Positions 9,966 through 17,411 of a DNA stretch of 46,713 bases are shown here, piece by piece. The stretch's first letter is position 1. Every line of letters starts with the position of its first letter. Source of the DNA: an uncultured Methanosarcinales archaeon (GTDB lineage: Archaea > Nanobdellota > Nanobdellia > Woesearchaeales > GW2011-AR9); NCBI GenBank assembly GCA_964460195.1, contig CAYWPJ010000007.1:1-46713 (forward strand), given 5' to 3'. The notes beneath the pieces were generated by a model. It made no database searches. It saw only the letters and a program-made list of their open reading frames with translations, and was not told the origin of the DNA. The position numbers and the translations under genes were made by a program.

Positions 9966-11060
9966 TTCAGCGTCGCATTCGGCCGGCGCATCGTTGAAAG
10001 CGGCGCAGATGGTCGCCAGGTAGGCGGCCGGCGTTCTTCCTGAAGAAACCAGCTGCCCGTTGACCACTAAGGACGGTGATCCTCCTACTCCATACTGTTC
10101 ATTTTCCGCTTTATCAACATCAAATAGAGGATATTTCCCGCTGAGCCAAGTTGATTTGTCGTTGAATTGTTCAGTGATTTTATATTCCTTGTCGAGAGCC
10201 TTGACGCAGGAAGCGAGGATCCCCCGCTCTATTCCGGCTTTGGTCAGGCAGGCTTCCCCGTCGCCCTGATCCAGGAAGCAGGCTAAATATTCCCTAAATT
10301 TGCCGTTCTGCTCTTTCTGGATGCAGACCTGATTCATCTGCTCGTCAAGTTCTTTTTTTCCGTGCATGGCGTAATAAACGAATTTTACCTTGAAATCAAT
10401 CGCCTTGCCCAGTTTTTCTACCACCGGCAGGATGCCTTTTTCCGCCTGCGTGCCGTAAGGGCAATGGCTCATCACGAATAGTTCCACCACTGGCTGATCG
10501 GATTTGACGATGTCCGGCACGGCTGTCGGAGTCTCTGGCTGGCCCGTTAGAGAGGTGTCATCGAGGCTGATGGCCTGGGGGAATAATAGCCCGCCATCTT
10601 TAGTGACAAAAACATTGAGGGGCCGGCCGGAAAGGCTTAACTGGAGGCTGTAAAGATCCCCCTCTTCCTCGACTGATTCTAAGGTGGCAATGGCGTCTCC
10701 CTGCAGCAGGTTGGTGTTGATAAAAGTCAGGCTTCGGGCGGCAGCTTCTTCCTTGGAGAGTTCCCCTCCCCAAAAATTAAATCCACCACTGAAAAAAGAG
10801 ATGACCAGCAGGATGGCCAGGACTAAAGAAGAAATCGCCCAGTAGTTGAGCCCGCCCCGTTTCTTTCCCGCTTTACTCTCTTCTAGGGGTTTGGCCGCTG
10901 CCTTCGGTTTTCCCGGAGAGAGAAGATCTTCAATCTCTTCGGCGTCTTCATCGTTCTCCCTGTTGATCTCTTCATTATTAATCTCTTCGTCGCTCTCCTC
11001 GTCATTCTCCGCTTCAAGTTCTTTCTTCTTTGGCTCATTCATTTTTGGCTGACCTCTCAT
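9882..11060 (-). CDS. Membrane-anchored extracytoplasmic thioredoxin-fold (DsbA-like) protein
   Basis: Acidic N-terminus, then a TM helix (YWAISSLVLAILLVISFF). Thioredoxin-like segment VELFVMSHCPYGTQAEKG and a later GSPSLVVNG. Several additional Cys. Confidence 0.55.
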   Translation of the reverse strand: MRGQPKMNEPKKKELEAENDEESDEEINNEEINRENDEDAEEIEDLLSPGKPKAAAKPLEESKAGKKRGGLNYWAISSLVLAILLVISFFSGGFNFWGGELSKEEAAARSLTFINTNLLQGDAIATLESVEEEGDLYSLQLSLSGRPLNVFVTKDGGLLFPQAISLDDTSLTGQPETPTAVPDIVKSDQPVVELFVMSHCPYGTQAEKGILPVVEKLGKAIDFKVKFVYYAMHGKKELDEQMNQVCIQKEQNGKFREYLACFLDQGDGEACLTKAGIERGILASCVKALDKEYKITEQFNDKSTWLSGKYPLFDVDKAENEQYGVGGSPSLVVNGQLVSSGRTPAAYLATICAAFNDAPAECDAELSTASYPAGFGYNTAGTAGAAATGSCG

Positions 11061-11200
11061 TAATGGTATTTATAACCTTAACCCAAAACAACTCCAAACC
11101 CCCTCGCTCCTACATTGATACCAAAAAGTCCTTACTTTTTATATCTTTCCTTATTATATTTTATATTTTTCCCAAAATTGTCTCTCCCCGTTTCTTTCTC

Positions 11201-11947
11201 CTAATCATTATCAACTCTGGGCGCCAGAATGAAGCTGAGCATCAGCCGGTCAACGATTTTGTACTCCAATTTCAAAGGGTAATCAGTATTGAAATAAATT
11301 TTCACCTTGTCGCTTAGCTTTCCGCCGGTAATCATCTTCCGCAGGTATTCTAGGGAATACTTGGCTTTGCATTTGTCAGGAGAAGTCATCTTAATCACCG
11401 TGTTGTCCCCCGGCCTAATCTCAATGAAGGCTTTGGAGAGGTCCCCTTCTGCCTTGACCGACAACTGGCTGGCTTCCCCAAGGAAGGTGACCGATTCGGC
11501 CACTACTGAAACTTCCTCACTTTGGTCCGTCAGCATGCTTGAATTCATTTCCACGCTGATTGGGAACTGCAATTCCGGCACTTTCTGCTCCTTGTCTTCC
11601 AATTCCAGGATGGGAATGGAAAATGACCTGATAGTATCACTTTTCAGCTGGATTTTTAATTTGTTGTCTTCCCCTGTCTCTAAAGTCAGCAGGTCATCGC
11701 CCCTGGCCCTTTTAAGGATTTGCTTAAGGCTGTTCAGGTTGATGGCCATTTCTTCCTTCTCTTTGACGTTGTATTGGGTGAAACAGCTGCTCAGCAGCTT
11801 GAAGACGACCATCGCCACGTTGGCAGGATCCATCGCCACTAACTCCAGCCCGTCAGGGCCGACTTTGAACTTGACTTCGCTGACTAGGTCGGAGATGATG
11901 GAAATACTGTCTTTGAAATAACGGGGCTCAGCCAGGACTAATTTCAT
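11201..11947 (-). CDS. pcn: DNA polymerase sliding clamp PCNA
   Basis: MKLVLAEPRYFKDSISIISDLVSEVKFKVGPDGLELVAMDPANVAMVVFKL... is a typical archaeal PCNA N-terminus. About 248 aa. ATG at 11947 is preferred over TTG at 11962. Confidence 0.9.
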   Translation of the reverse strand: MKLVLAEPRYFKDSISIISDLVSEVKFKVGPDGLELVAMDPANVAMVVFKLLSSCFTQYNVKEKEEMAINLNSLKQILKRARGDDLLTLETGEDNKLKIQLKSDTIRSFSIPILELEDKEQKVPELQFPISVEMNSSMLTDQSEEVSVVAESVTFLGEASQLSVKAEGDLSKAFIEIRPGDNTVIKMTSPDKCKAKYSLEYLRKMITGGKLSDKVKIYFNTDYPLKLEYKIVDRLMLSFILAPRVDND

Positions 11948-12115
11948 CGTTGCCTCTTCCAAGAGGTCAGGTATTTATAAGATTTATTGTTGTCTAGTGG
12001 TGGTGTGGAGAAAAAGAACCATGCCGGGAAAAAGCCCGCTTTTGTCCGGGGTTTCCGCTCAGGGCCAGGCTTTCAGCTTATAGTGGGGGACATTATTTAT
12101 TTATCAATCTTCCGA

Positions 12116-12307
12116 CACTATATTCCAGAAGACACAACATTTTTTATCAATTATAGTGCAGGACAAAATTAGTTGAACATTTTAACCTGCACTATATTCC
12201 GAAGGACACAACTTTTTGCATCTCTTGGGCTATGCACAAGACTTGAAATCTGTAGATTTCATTGAATTATTTGTGTCCTTCGCTATATTTGTGTCTTCTG
12301 CTATAAG
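12116..12307. repeat. Cluster of four copies of a ~20-bp motif (two direct, two inverted) plus an internal 11-bp stem
   Basis: A: cactatattccagaagacacaac (12116-12138). B: cactatattccgaaggacacaac (12190-12212). C: ttgtgtccttcgctatat (12271-12288). D: tttgtgtcttctgctataag (12288-12307). C and D are inverted copies. Stem tatagtgcagg (12152-12162) / cctgcactata (12186-12196). Confidence 0.75.
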
Positions 12308-13632
12308 GTGAGCCTTTTCCCGTCCTGCATCACGTGCGTATTCTTAAAACCCAGCTGCTCCGCCAGTTCTCTTAGCATCTGAGCTTTGCTGTTGTCCGCA
12401 TGGATGGGAATGATGTGCTCGGGCTTGACATATTCCAGCAGGTCGCGGTGATCCTCCAGATGGGCATGCCCGGAAACATGGACATCCCGGAAAAGGCGGA
12501 CATTCCGGCTCTTCAGCTCACTTTCCAGCCTTTGCCGGTTTTCGATATTTACCATAACGGGAATGACCTGGCAGCTGAAGATAACGATATCTCCCGGCCG
12601 GAATTTAAAGTTCATCTCTCCCCGGGCGATCCGGGAAAGGACCGCTTTAGGCTCGCCTTGGTGTCCCGTGCAGACAATCAGGAATTTCTCCCGCCCGGTC
12701 TTCTCAATCTTGTTGAGGGCTTTGATAACCTTATCGCGGTGGCGGAGAAGGGTTATCTCCGGGCTAAAGTTGACCAAGTTGATTTTCTCTGCTGCCCGGA
12801 TGTACTTGTCCAGGGAGCGGCCCAAAAAGATGATCCGCCGGTTCAGCTTCTTGCCCAGCTCGATGATGCTCTTCAGCCTCGCCAGGTGGGAGGAAAAAGT
12901 GGTGACGATCATCGCCTTTCCTTCGCTGTTGACTCCCAGCATGACGTCTTTGAGCATCTGCTTGGCGACCGATTCCGAAGGGCATTTGGTGTGCTCGTGA
13001 GCGTAGAGGCAGTTGATGATCAATAACTTGACTCCTTCCTTCCCCAGCTGCTTGAGCCGTTCATAATTAGGTCCCTTGCCCAGGACCGGCCGGTCATCCA
13101 GTTTGAAATCGTTGGCATACATAATTTTCCCGTAAGGGGTATGGACAACGACGATGGCCGCCTGGGCGATGGAGTGGGTGATATTAATAAATTCAATCGA
13201 GATCTTGTTCGACAGGCGGTAGGATGAATTGAGGTTGACAGTAACAATCTTATTGGGGATTTTGATGTGCTCGTCGTAGAGGATGCTTTTCAGGATTTCG
13301 ATTGAGAAGGGGGTGGAGATAACGGCCGCTTTGGGAAATAACGATGCCGCATAAGGGACAGCCCCGATGTGGTCGAGATGGCCGTGGCTCTGGACGATTG
13401 CCTTGACCTTACCTTTCCAGTCGTCGATGAAATGATAATCGGGCACGGCGTCAACTTTGAGCAAGGCTTTGTAATGCTTGGAGCTGTAGTCTTCCAGGTC
13501 CTCGGTGAAGCGAATATAGTTCTCCATGCTCAAGCCCATGTCCAGGAGAATAACTTCATCATCGACTTTGACAGCAACGGAATTGCCTTCGGTCTTGTTG
13601 AAACCGCCGATGCTGCAGATTTCCAATGGCAT
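12301..13632 (-). CDS. rnj: Archaeal RNase J (beta-CASP metallo-beta-lactamase ribonuclease)
   Basis: HxHxDH motif QSHGHLDHIG. Beta-CASP region. HVSGHAHLEDH and IPIHAD motifs. About 443 aa with no KH domains, as in archaeal RNase J. Confidence 0.8.
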   Translation of the reverse strand: MPLEICSIGGFNKTEGNSVAVKVDDEVILLDMGLSMENYIRFTEDLEDYSSKHYKALLKVDAVPDYHFIDDWKGKVKAIVQSHGHLDHIGAVPYAASLFPKAAVISTPFSIEILKSILYDEHIKIPNKIVTVNLNSSYRLSNKISIEFINITHSIAQAAIVVVHTPYGKIMYANDFKLDDRPVLGKGPNYERLKQLGKEGVKLLIINCLYAHEHTKCPSESVAKQMLKDVMLGVNSEGKAMIVTTFSSHLARLKSIIELGKKLNRRIIFLGRSLDKYIRAAEKINLVNFSPEITLLRHRDKVIKALNKIEKTGREKFLIVCTGHQGEPKAVLSRIARGEMNFKFRPGDIVIFSCQVIPVMVNIENRQRLESELKSRNVRLFRDVHVSGHAHLEDHRDLLEYVKPEHIIPIHADNSKAQMLRELAEQLGFKNTHVMQDGKRLTL

Positions 13633-13754
13633 GGGGGGAGAATTCTCTAACAGTTTAAAAAGATATGGTTTGGGTACAGGTTTTGGGATGGTTTTTGCAA
13701 CAGATATTTCTCAGGCGGGAAATATTTTTAAACTTGGAGGTCTAGGAAAAAAAC

Positions 13755-14045
13755 ATGGGTAAAAAACCTTCAGAGCATAAAACCCTTTACGAAGTCCTAA
13801 GGGAAGGAGGAATGGACGAAGAAATAAGCCAGCGGACGTTAAGAGTCGCTGTTGACATGTCCAATATGCATCGCCCGGGCACCCTCTCTGAAATAATGCG
13901 GGAAGTGGATTGTAGCCGGAAGAAAACTTACACTCTCCCGGACGTGATTGATTCCTTAAGGATTCTTGAGATTTATGGATATGCTGCCTTCAACCTTCAG
14001 GGAAAGTATTATCTGACGGAGAAAGGGGAACAGGGTTTTAAGTAA
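13755..14045 (+). CDS. Small hypothetical protein, possible winged-helix fold
   Basis: 96-aa ATG ORF. C-terminal LPDVIDSLRILEIYGYAAFNLQGKYYLTEKG resembles a wHTH wing. No firm family call. Confidence 0.45.
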   Translation: MGKKPSEHKTLYEVLREGGMDEEISQRTLRVAVDMSNMHRPGTLSEIMREVDCSRKKTYTLPDVIDSLRILEIYGYAAFNLQGKYYLTEKGEQGFK

Positions 14046-14094
14046 AGTTTTCCGGGCATCAGCCTTCTGTCTTTGGGAAAGATGTTCTCTAAAT

Positions 14095-14198
14095 AAGGGG
14101 CTTCCCCCTGAGCAACCCCAGAGCTTTGCGAAAATCGTTTGCAGTAAAATACTAAATAAAATACTGTTTGCTGTGAGAATAAAAATGCGGACGGCAGG
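14095..14198 (-). repeat. Copy of the tRNA-Leu 3' end plus ~90 nt of its downstream flank (att-like scar)
   Basis: tgcggacggcagg (14186-14198) differs at one position from the tRNA 3' end tgcgggcggcagg (15904-15916). The adjoining ~90 nt parallels 15807-15903, including ggcttccccctgagcaaccccagagctttgcgaaaa. Confidence 0.75.
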
Positions 14199-14204
14199 TT
14201 AATC

Positions 14205-14453
14205 CTATCTATACACTCTTCCTCTTTTATCGAAAACTCTTACTTTCAGCCGTTTGTTCTGAAAGTCAATATCAATCAAGGCACGATAATCCCCAATCCT
14301 TAATTTATACCCTTCTCCTTCATAATGTTCAAGATAACGAAAAGGGTTTTCAGAAACTTCATCACATTTATGAAATATTCTGATAGCTATATCTTTGGGC
14401 AGAGTTTCTACATATTTTGCCGCTTTAGGGTGCCAGATTATTTCCCACGTCAT
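14205..14453 (-). CDS. RelE/ParE-family type II toxin
   Basis: 82 aa. The pattern ...LPKDIAIRIFHKCDEVSENPF...YKLRIGDYRALIDIDFQNKRLKVRVFDKRGRVY is typical RelE/ParE. 4-nt overlap with the upstream small gene. Confidence 0.8.
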   Translation of the reverse strand: MTWEIIWHPKAAKYVETLPKDIAIRIFHKCDEVSENPFRYLEHYEGEGYKLRIGDYRALIDIDFQNKRLKVRVFDKRGRVYR

Positions 14454-14650
14454 TGCAGAACACGTTTCTTCAATTCTTTATGTGTGATATATTCAGAATC
14501 AGGAGTGGCTCTCGCTTCGGCCAGCAATGCCCGGGCATAGTCTGTCAGCCTTCCTTCTTCAAAAAGGATATGTTTGATTATAGCCATATCTTGCTTAAGT
14601 TCTTCAAGATCTGCGTGCATATGTTCTGCCATTGCTTCAGTCATAAACAT
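14450..14650 (-). CDS. Cognate antitoxin (small helical protein)
   Basis: 66-aa ORF translationally coupled to the RelE gene. The C-terminal ...YITHKELKKRVL resembles the tail of the antitoxin at 43167..43418. Confidence 0.55.
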   Translation of the reverse strand: MFMTEAMAEHMHADLEELKQDMAIIKHILFEEGRLTDYARALLAEARATPDSEYITHKELKKRVLQ

Positions 14651-14686
14651 CTAAAACGACTGCTATTATAAAAAGATTGCGAAAAT

Positions 14687-14768
14687 AAAATGTGCGGACT
14701 GCAGGATAAGGGGGCTTCCCCCTGAGCAACCCCAGAGCTTCGCGAGTAATGAAAATGCGGACGGCAGG
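14687..14768 (-). repeat. Two further degenerate tRNA-Leu 3'-end/flank copies between the two TA cassettes
   Basis: tgtgcggactgcagg (14691-14705) and tgcggacggcagg (14756-14768). Between them is ggggcttccccctgagcaaccccagagcttcgcg, the same flank motif as at 14095 and 15807. Confidence 0.7.
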
Positions 14769-14778
14769 ACTCTATCCT

Positions 14779-15315
14779 TTATCCCAAAGCTTCATCTATA
14801 ATAGTCTCAATGTCGACTAACCTTTGCTCCGTTATCTTGCTCCAGCGCTGAGGAATAAACTGATTAAAGATATAATGGCGGATTTCAGCGGCAGTTAATC
14901 TCAAAGATAATAAATGAGCAATTAAAGCTACTCCGTGAAAAATATTCTCATCCGGAAAAAAGGGGGAAATATGAATCAACACCGAAAAATCATCCGTAAA
15001 CAAGGGCCGCTGCTCTTTTTTAGCTAATAGGAACATACTTAAATCAGCTTCCGTGATTCGCTGGCGGCCGCTTACCCCTAATATAATCTTTAATTCTTCT
15101 ACCCCTTCAACTTTTTTAATGATTATATTTCTTTGCAAGATTTCTTGGGCATATTTTCCCAGCAAATCTTGATGTTGAGAAAACTGTTTTAATTCTTCCT
15201 CAACCAAAGGAGAAATAACAAAATGAAATTTTTTTAGATTGATGAAGGGAAAATCTTTCGCTACTATCTGTAAAGATAAGAGTGTTCCGGTATCGCAGAT
15301 TACGTATTGATCCAT
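14779..15315 (-). CDS. PIN-domain-like toxin (VapC-like, extended C-terminus)
   Basis: Acidic residues in PIN-like order and spacing: ICDTGTL, VEEEL, ITEADLS, FTDDFS. 16-nt overlap with the upstream RHH-like gene. Confidence 0.55.
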   Translation of the reverse strand: MDQYVICDTGTLLSLQIVAKDFPFINLKKFHFVISPLVEEELKQFSQHQDLLGKYAQEILQRNIIIKKVEGVEELKIILGVSGRQRITEADLSMFLLAKKEQRPLFTDDFSVLIHISPFFPDENIFHGVALIAHLLSLRLTAAEIRHYIFNQFIPQRWSKITEQRLVDIETIIDEALG

Positions 15316-15605
15316 TTCTTAAATTTGCGGGTGCTTCTCACTATCTGCTGTATCTCGAAGGAACGCTGGGGGCCAAGAACTTTAACTAACCCGTAATAAT
15401 CAATTAATCCCATCCGGTAGAAGTCCGTAAGCATTTTTTCCATAAGGTAATAGCTAGGATTTTCTTTGATGTGTTCCAGCACGAAAACAGAGTTTTTAAT
15501 TAAAGTGCCTACAAACTGGCTTCGGTTAAGATGATGTTCTTGTAATATCTTATCTAATCGTTTGGTAGGTTCTTCCTCTAACGACATTTGTATTTTTTGT
15601 TTCAT
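15300..15605 (-). CDS. Ribbon-helix-helix (CopG-like) antitoxin candidate
   Basis: From ATG 15605: MKQKIQMSLEEEPTKRLDKILQEHHLNRSQFVGTLIKNS is an RHH-like N-terminus. The listed longer ORF (to 15734) runs into the tandem repeat array and is rejected. Confidence 0.5.
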   Translation of the reverse strand: MKQKIQMSLEEEPTKRLDKILQEHHLNRSQFVGTLIKNSVFVLEHIKENPSYYLMEKMLTDFYRMGLIDYYGLVKVLGPQRSFEIQQIVRSTRKFKKWINT

Positions 15606-15613
15606 GTGTGGAA

Positions 15614-15641
15614 GAAAGTTTCCATTATATATAAAACTTTC
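15614..15641 (-). promoter_or_regulatory. TATA-like box flanked by a 7-bp inverted repeat upstream of the RHH-PIN pair
   Basis: gaaagtt (15614-15620) and aactttc (15635-15641) bracket ttatatataaa, just upstream of ATG 15605 on the minus strand. The layout suits TA autoregulation. Confidence 0.35.
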
Positions 15642-15658
15642 TACATCTCTCCATCCAT

Positions 15659-15843
15659 AAGGGGGCTTCCCCCTTATCAACCCCAGGTGCTTCGCAAGGG
15701 AGCTTCCTCCTAAGCAACCCCAGATGCTTCGCAAGGGAGCTTCCTCCTAAGCAACCCCAGGTGCTTCGCAAGGGAGCTTCCTCCTAAGCAACCCCAGATG
15801 CTTCGCAAGGGAGCTTCCCCCTGAGCAACCCCAGACGCTTTGC
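15659..15843. repeat. Five head-to-tail 37-nt tandem repeats
   Basis: Units start at 15659, 15696, 15733, 15770 and 15807. Consensus aagggagcttcctcctaagcaaccccagrtgcttcgc. No spacers. The last unit merges into the tRNA downstream flank. Confidence 0.9.
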
Positions 15844-15903
15844 GAAAACCGTTTGCTGTGAAACGAAATACTAGATGAAATACTTTTTGCAGTGAAAAAT
15901 AAA

Positions 15904-16042
15904 TGCGGGCGGCAGGGATCGAACCTGCGTAGGCACTAAGCCAACAGATGACTTACAAGGAGTTTAGTCATTGCACTCTTGATGAGCCCTCATTACTCCA
16001 ATGCCTTGAGTCTGTCCCGTTTGACCACTCCGGCACGCCCGC
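15904..16042 (-). tRNA. tRNA-Leu (anticodon CAA) with a 55-nt intron at 37/38
   Basis: Minus strand reads GCGGGCG UG CCGGAGUGGUCAAACGGG ACAGA CUCAAG [55-nt intron] A UCUGU, long variable arm UGGCUUAGUGCCUAC, T-arm GCAGGUUCGAUCCCUGC, acceptor CGCCCGC, discriminator A. Acceptor and anticodon stems pair perfectly. CCA is not encoded. Confidence 0.85.
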
Positions 16043-16106
16043 ATCTTTAAGGTGTTTTTAATAGAAATTATATAAAATTAACTAAAATATTTTAAATTTT
16101 TCCTAG

Positions 16107-16553
16107 TTATACTTTCCTCAACTGCCCTTCAATCTCCCGCAGCTGCGACTCCAGAGCATCCAGCTGGCTCTTTGCCTCCTTAGGCGGGGCCTTCTCCGGC
16201 TTTTCCTCCTTCCAGAATTCCTTCTCTTCCTCTTCGAGCTCTTCCTTGATTTCCCGGTGCCTTTCCGCCAACCCTTTTAATTTCCCCTTGGGCAGCAGCC
16301 TCTTTAACTTATAATCAATGAGAAAGCTCAGTTCTTTGACGTCCTTCTTTAAATTGTTGAAAGTGGCCACCTTCTCTTCCTGGATCTGCCGGAATTTTTC
16401 ATATCCCTGCATGAAAATGATAATCTCCCTCAGCGTTTCCAGCAAATCCTTCCGGACCATCTTGGGGTCAGCAATCCGAACCATGAACTCCGGTCCTTCT
16501 TCCGCGTTTTCCATCTCCTTTTTCTTCCCGGCCGCTTCTTTTTTCTTTGCCAT
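16107..16553 (-). CDS. Lys/Glu-rich coiled-coil protein (third gene of a small operon)
   Basis: From ATG 16553: MAKKKEAAGKKKE...EFMVRIADPKMVRKDLLETLREII... followed by a long heptad-like E/K-rich region. Same strand as and adjacent to the two upstream small genes. Confidence 0.55.
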   Translation of the reverse strand: MAKKKEAAGKKKEMENAEEGPEFMVRIADPKMVRKDLLETLREIIIFMQGYEKFRQIQEEKVATFNNLKKDVKELSFLIDYKLKRLLPKGKLKGLAERHREIKEELEEEEKEFWKEEKPEKAPPKEAKSQLDALESQLREIEGQLRKV

Positions 16554-16569
16554 CTTTAATCCATTTCTT

Positions 16570-16809
16570 TTAATGCACTTCTTCCGGCTCACTCAGTGAA
16601 TGGTCAATAAAATCGATTTTTTTCTCGATTTCTGCCAAAGTGTTCTGCCACATCTCCAGGTGGTGATCTTCTTCGTTCTTCAGTTCGTTGATTTTGCTGA
16701 TGGTCTCCTTGGCTTCCTCCATCTTTCTTCTCACCAGCTTGATGATATTAAGGACGTCTTCATATTCGTCAACTTTTACAAAAACGGGCATCCGTTCCAT
16801 TTTATTCAC
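16570..16809 (-). CDS. Small coiled-coil protein (79 aa), paralogous core to 16802..17272
   Basis: MPVFVKVDEYEDVLNIIKLVRRKMEE... shares the motif P-[VL]-[FY]-[VI]-KVD-x-Y with SPLYIKVDAYQRLLGELDDLKSRL in the upstream gene. 8-nt overlap with that gene. Confidence 0.55.
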   Translation of the reverse strand: MNKMERMPVFVKVDEYEDVLNIIKLVRRKMEEAKETISKINELKNEEDHHLEMWQNTLAEIEKKIDFIDHSLSEPEEVH

Positions 16810-17272
16810 CTTGGGTTTTAAATATTATTTTATCGGTTAACAGCATATGGTCGTGCATCGACCGGACTGACCTTTTCAATTTAACAAAATTGTTTTCTTC
16901 ATTGTATTCGGAAGTCTCTAAGCGGGAATGAATTGCTTTCATCTCTCCCAGCCGGCTTTTCAGATCATCCAGCTCGCCCAGGAGCCTTTGGTAAGCGTCA
17001 ACCTTAATGTAAAGGGGGCTTTTCCCTTCCTTCGGGACAGAAAACGGGGAAAGCGGGACAGGCATTTTTCCCGGAATTTCCAGTCCTTCCCTTTCCTCCT
17101 CTGGGAAGAAGGGAGATTCCTCCAAGCCGGCGGCTGCTTTAATCTCTTCCAGCTCGATCACTTTCCCTTTCGATAACGTGCTGGGAAGCTGCAGGGCAGT
17201 TTCTTCGAACGGCTTCCCGGCGGGGAAAGGAACCCGGGGCTCTTTTTTCTTTTGGCCAAATAACCATCCCAT
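16802..17272 (-). CDS. Small protein with short basic amphipathic N-terminus, Pro/Glu linker and coiled-coil core
   Basis: From ATG 17272: MGWLFGQKKKEPRVPFP... then a P/E-rich linker, then SPLYIKVDAYQRLLGELDDLKSRLGEMKAIHSRLE. Confidence 0.5.
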   Translation of the reverse strand: MGWLFGQKKKEPRVPFPAGKPFEETALQLPSTLSKGKVIELEEIKAAAGLEESPFFPEEEREGLEIPGKMPVPLSPFSVPKEGKSPLYIKVDAYQRLLGELDDLKSRLGEMKAIHSRLETSEYNEENNFVKLKRSVRSMHDHMLLTDKIIFKTQGE

Positions 17273-17411
17273 GATAATTATGCTTATACAAGTCACCTTT
17301 AAATAGTTTGTTTAGTATTCTAAAATGGTAAAAGAGAAATTCTTTAATATTAGTTTGTTATTAGCCGGGTAATTGGTGGAATTTTTGGCAAAAAGGGGAG
17401 TCTGTCCGGTT

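Noticed and set aside
11987-12172. 61-aa ORF in the pcn-rnj intergenic region
   Set aside because: It overlaps the motif/inverted-repeat cluster and has no coding signature. It is most likely non-coding.
15606-15734. N-terminal extension of ORF 15300..15734 (MRSIWGCLGGSSLAKHLGLIRGKPPYGW...)
   Set aside because: The extension is a translation of the tandem repeat array. An internal ATG at 15605 gives a sensible RHH-like N-terminus preceded by a TATA-like element.
15659-15843. Possible CRISPR array (regular ~37-nt repeats)
   Set aside because: The units are directly head-to-tail with no spacers, and no cas genes are nearby. It is a plain tandem repeat related to the tRNA-flank motif.
15955-16010. 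C/D-box sRNA embedded in the tRNA-Leu intron (as in some archaeal tRNA-Trp introns)
   Set aside because: Only weak AAUGAG / AAUGAC matches to a C box were found, and no CUGA D box.
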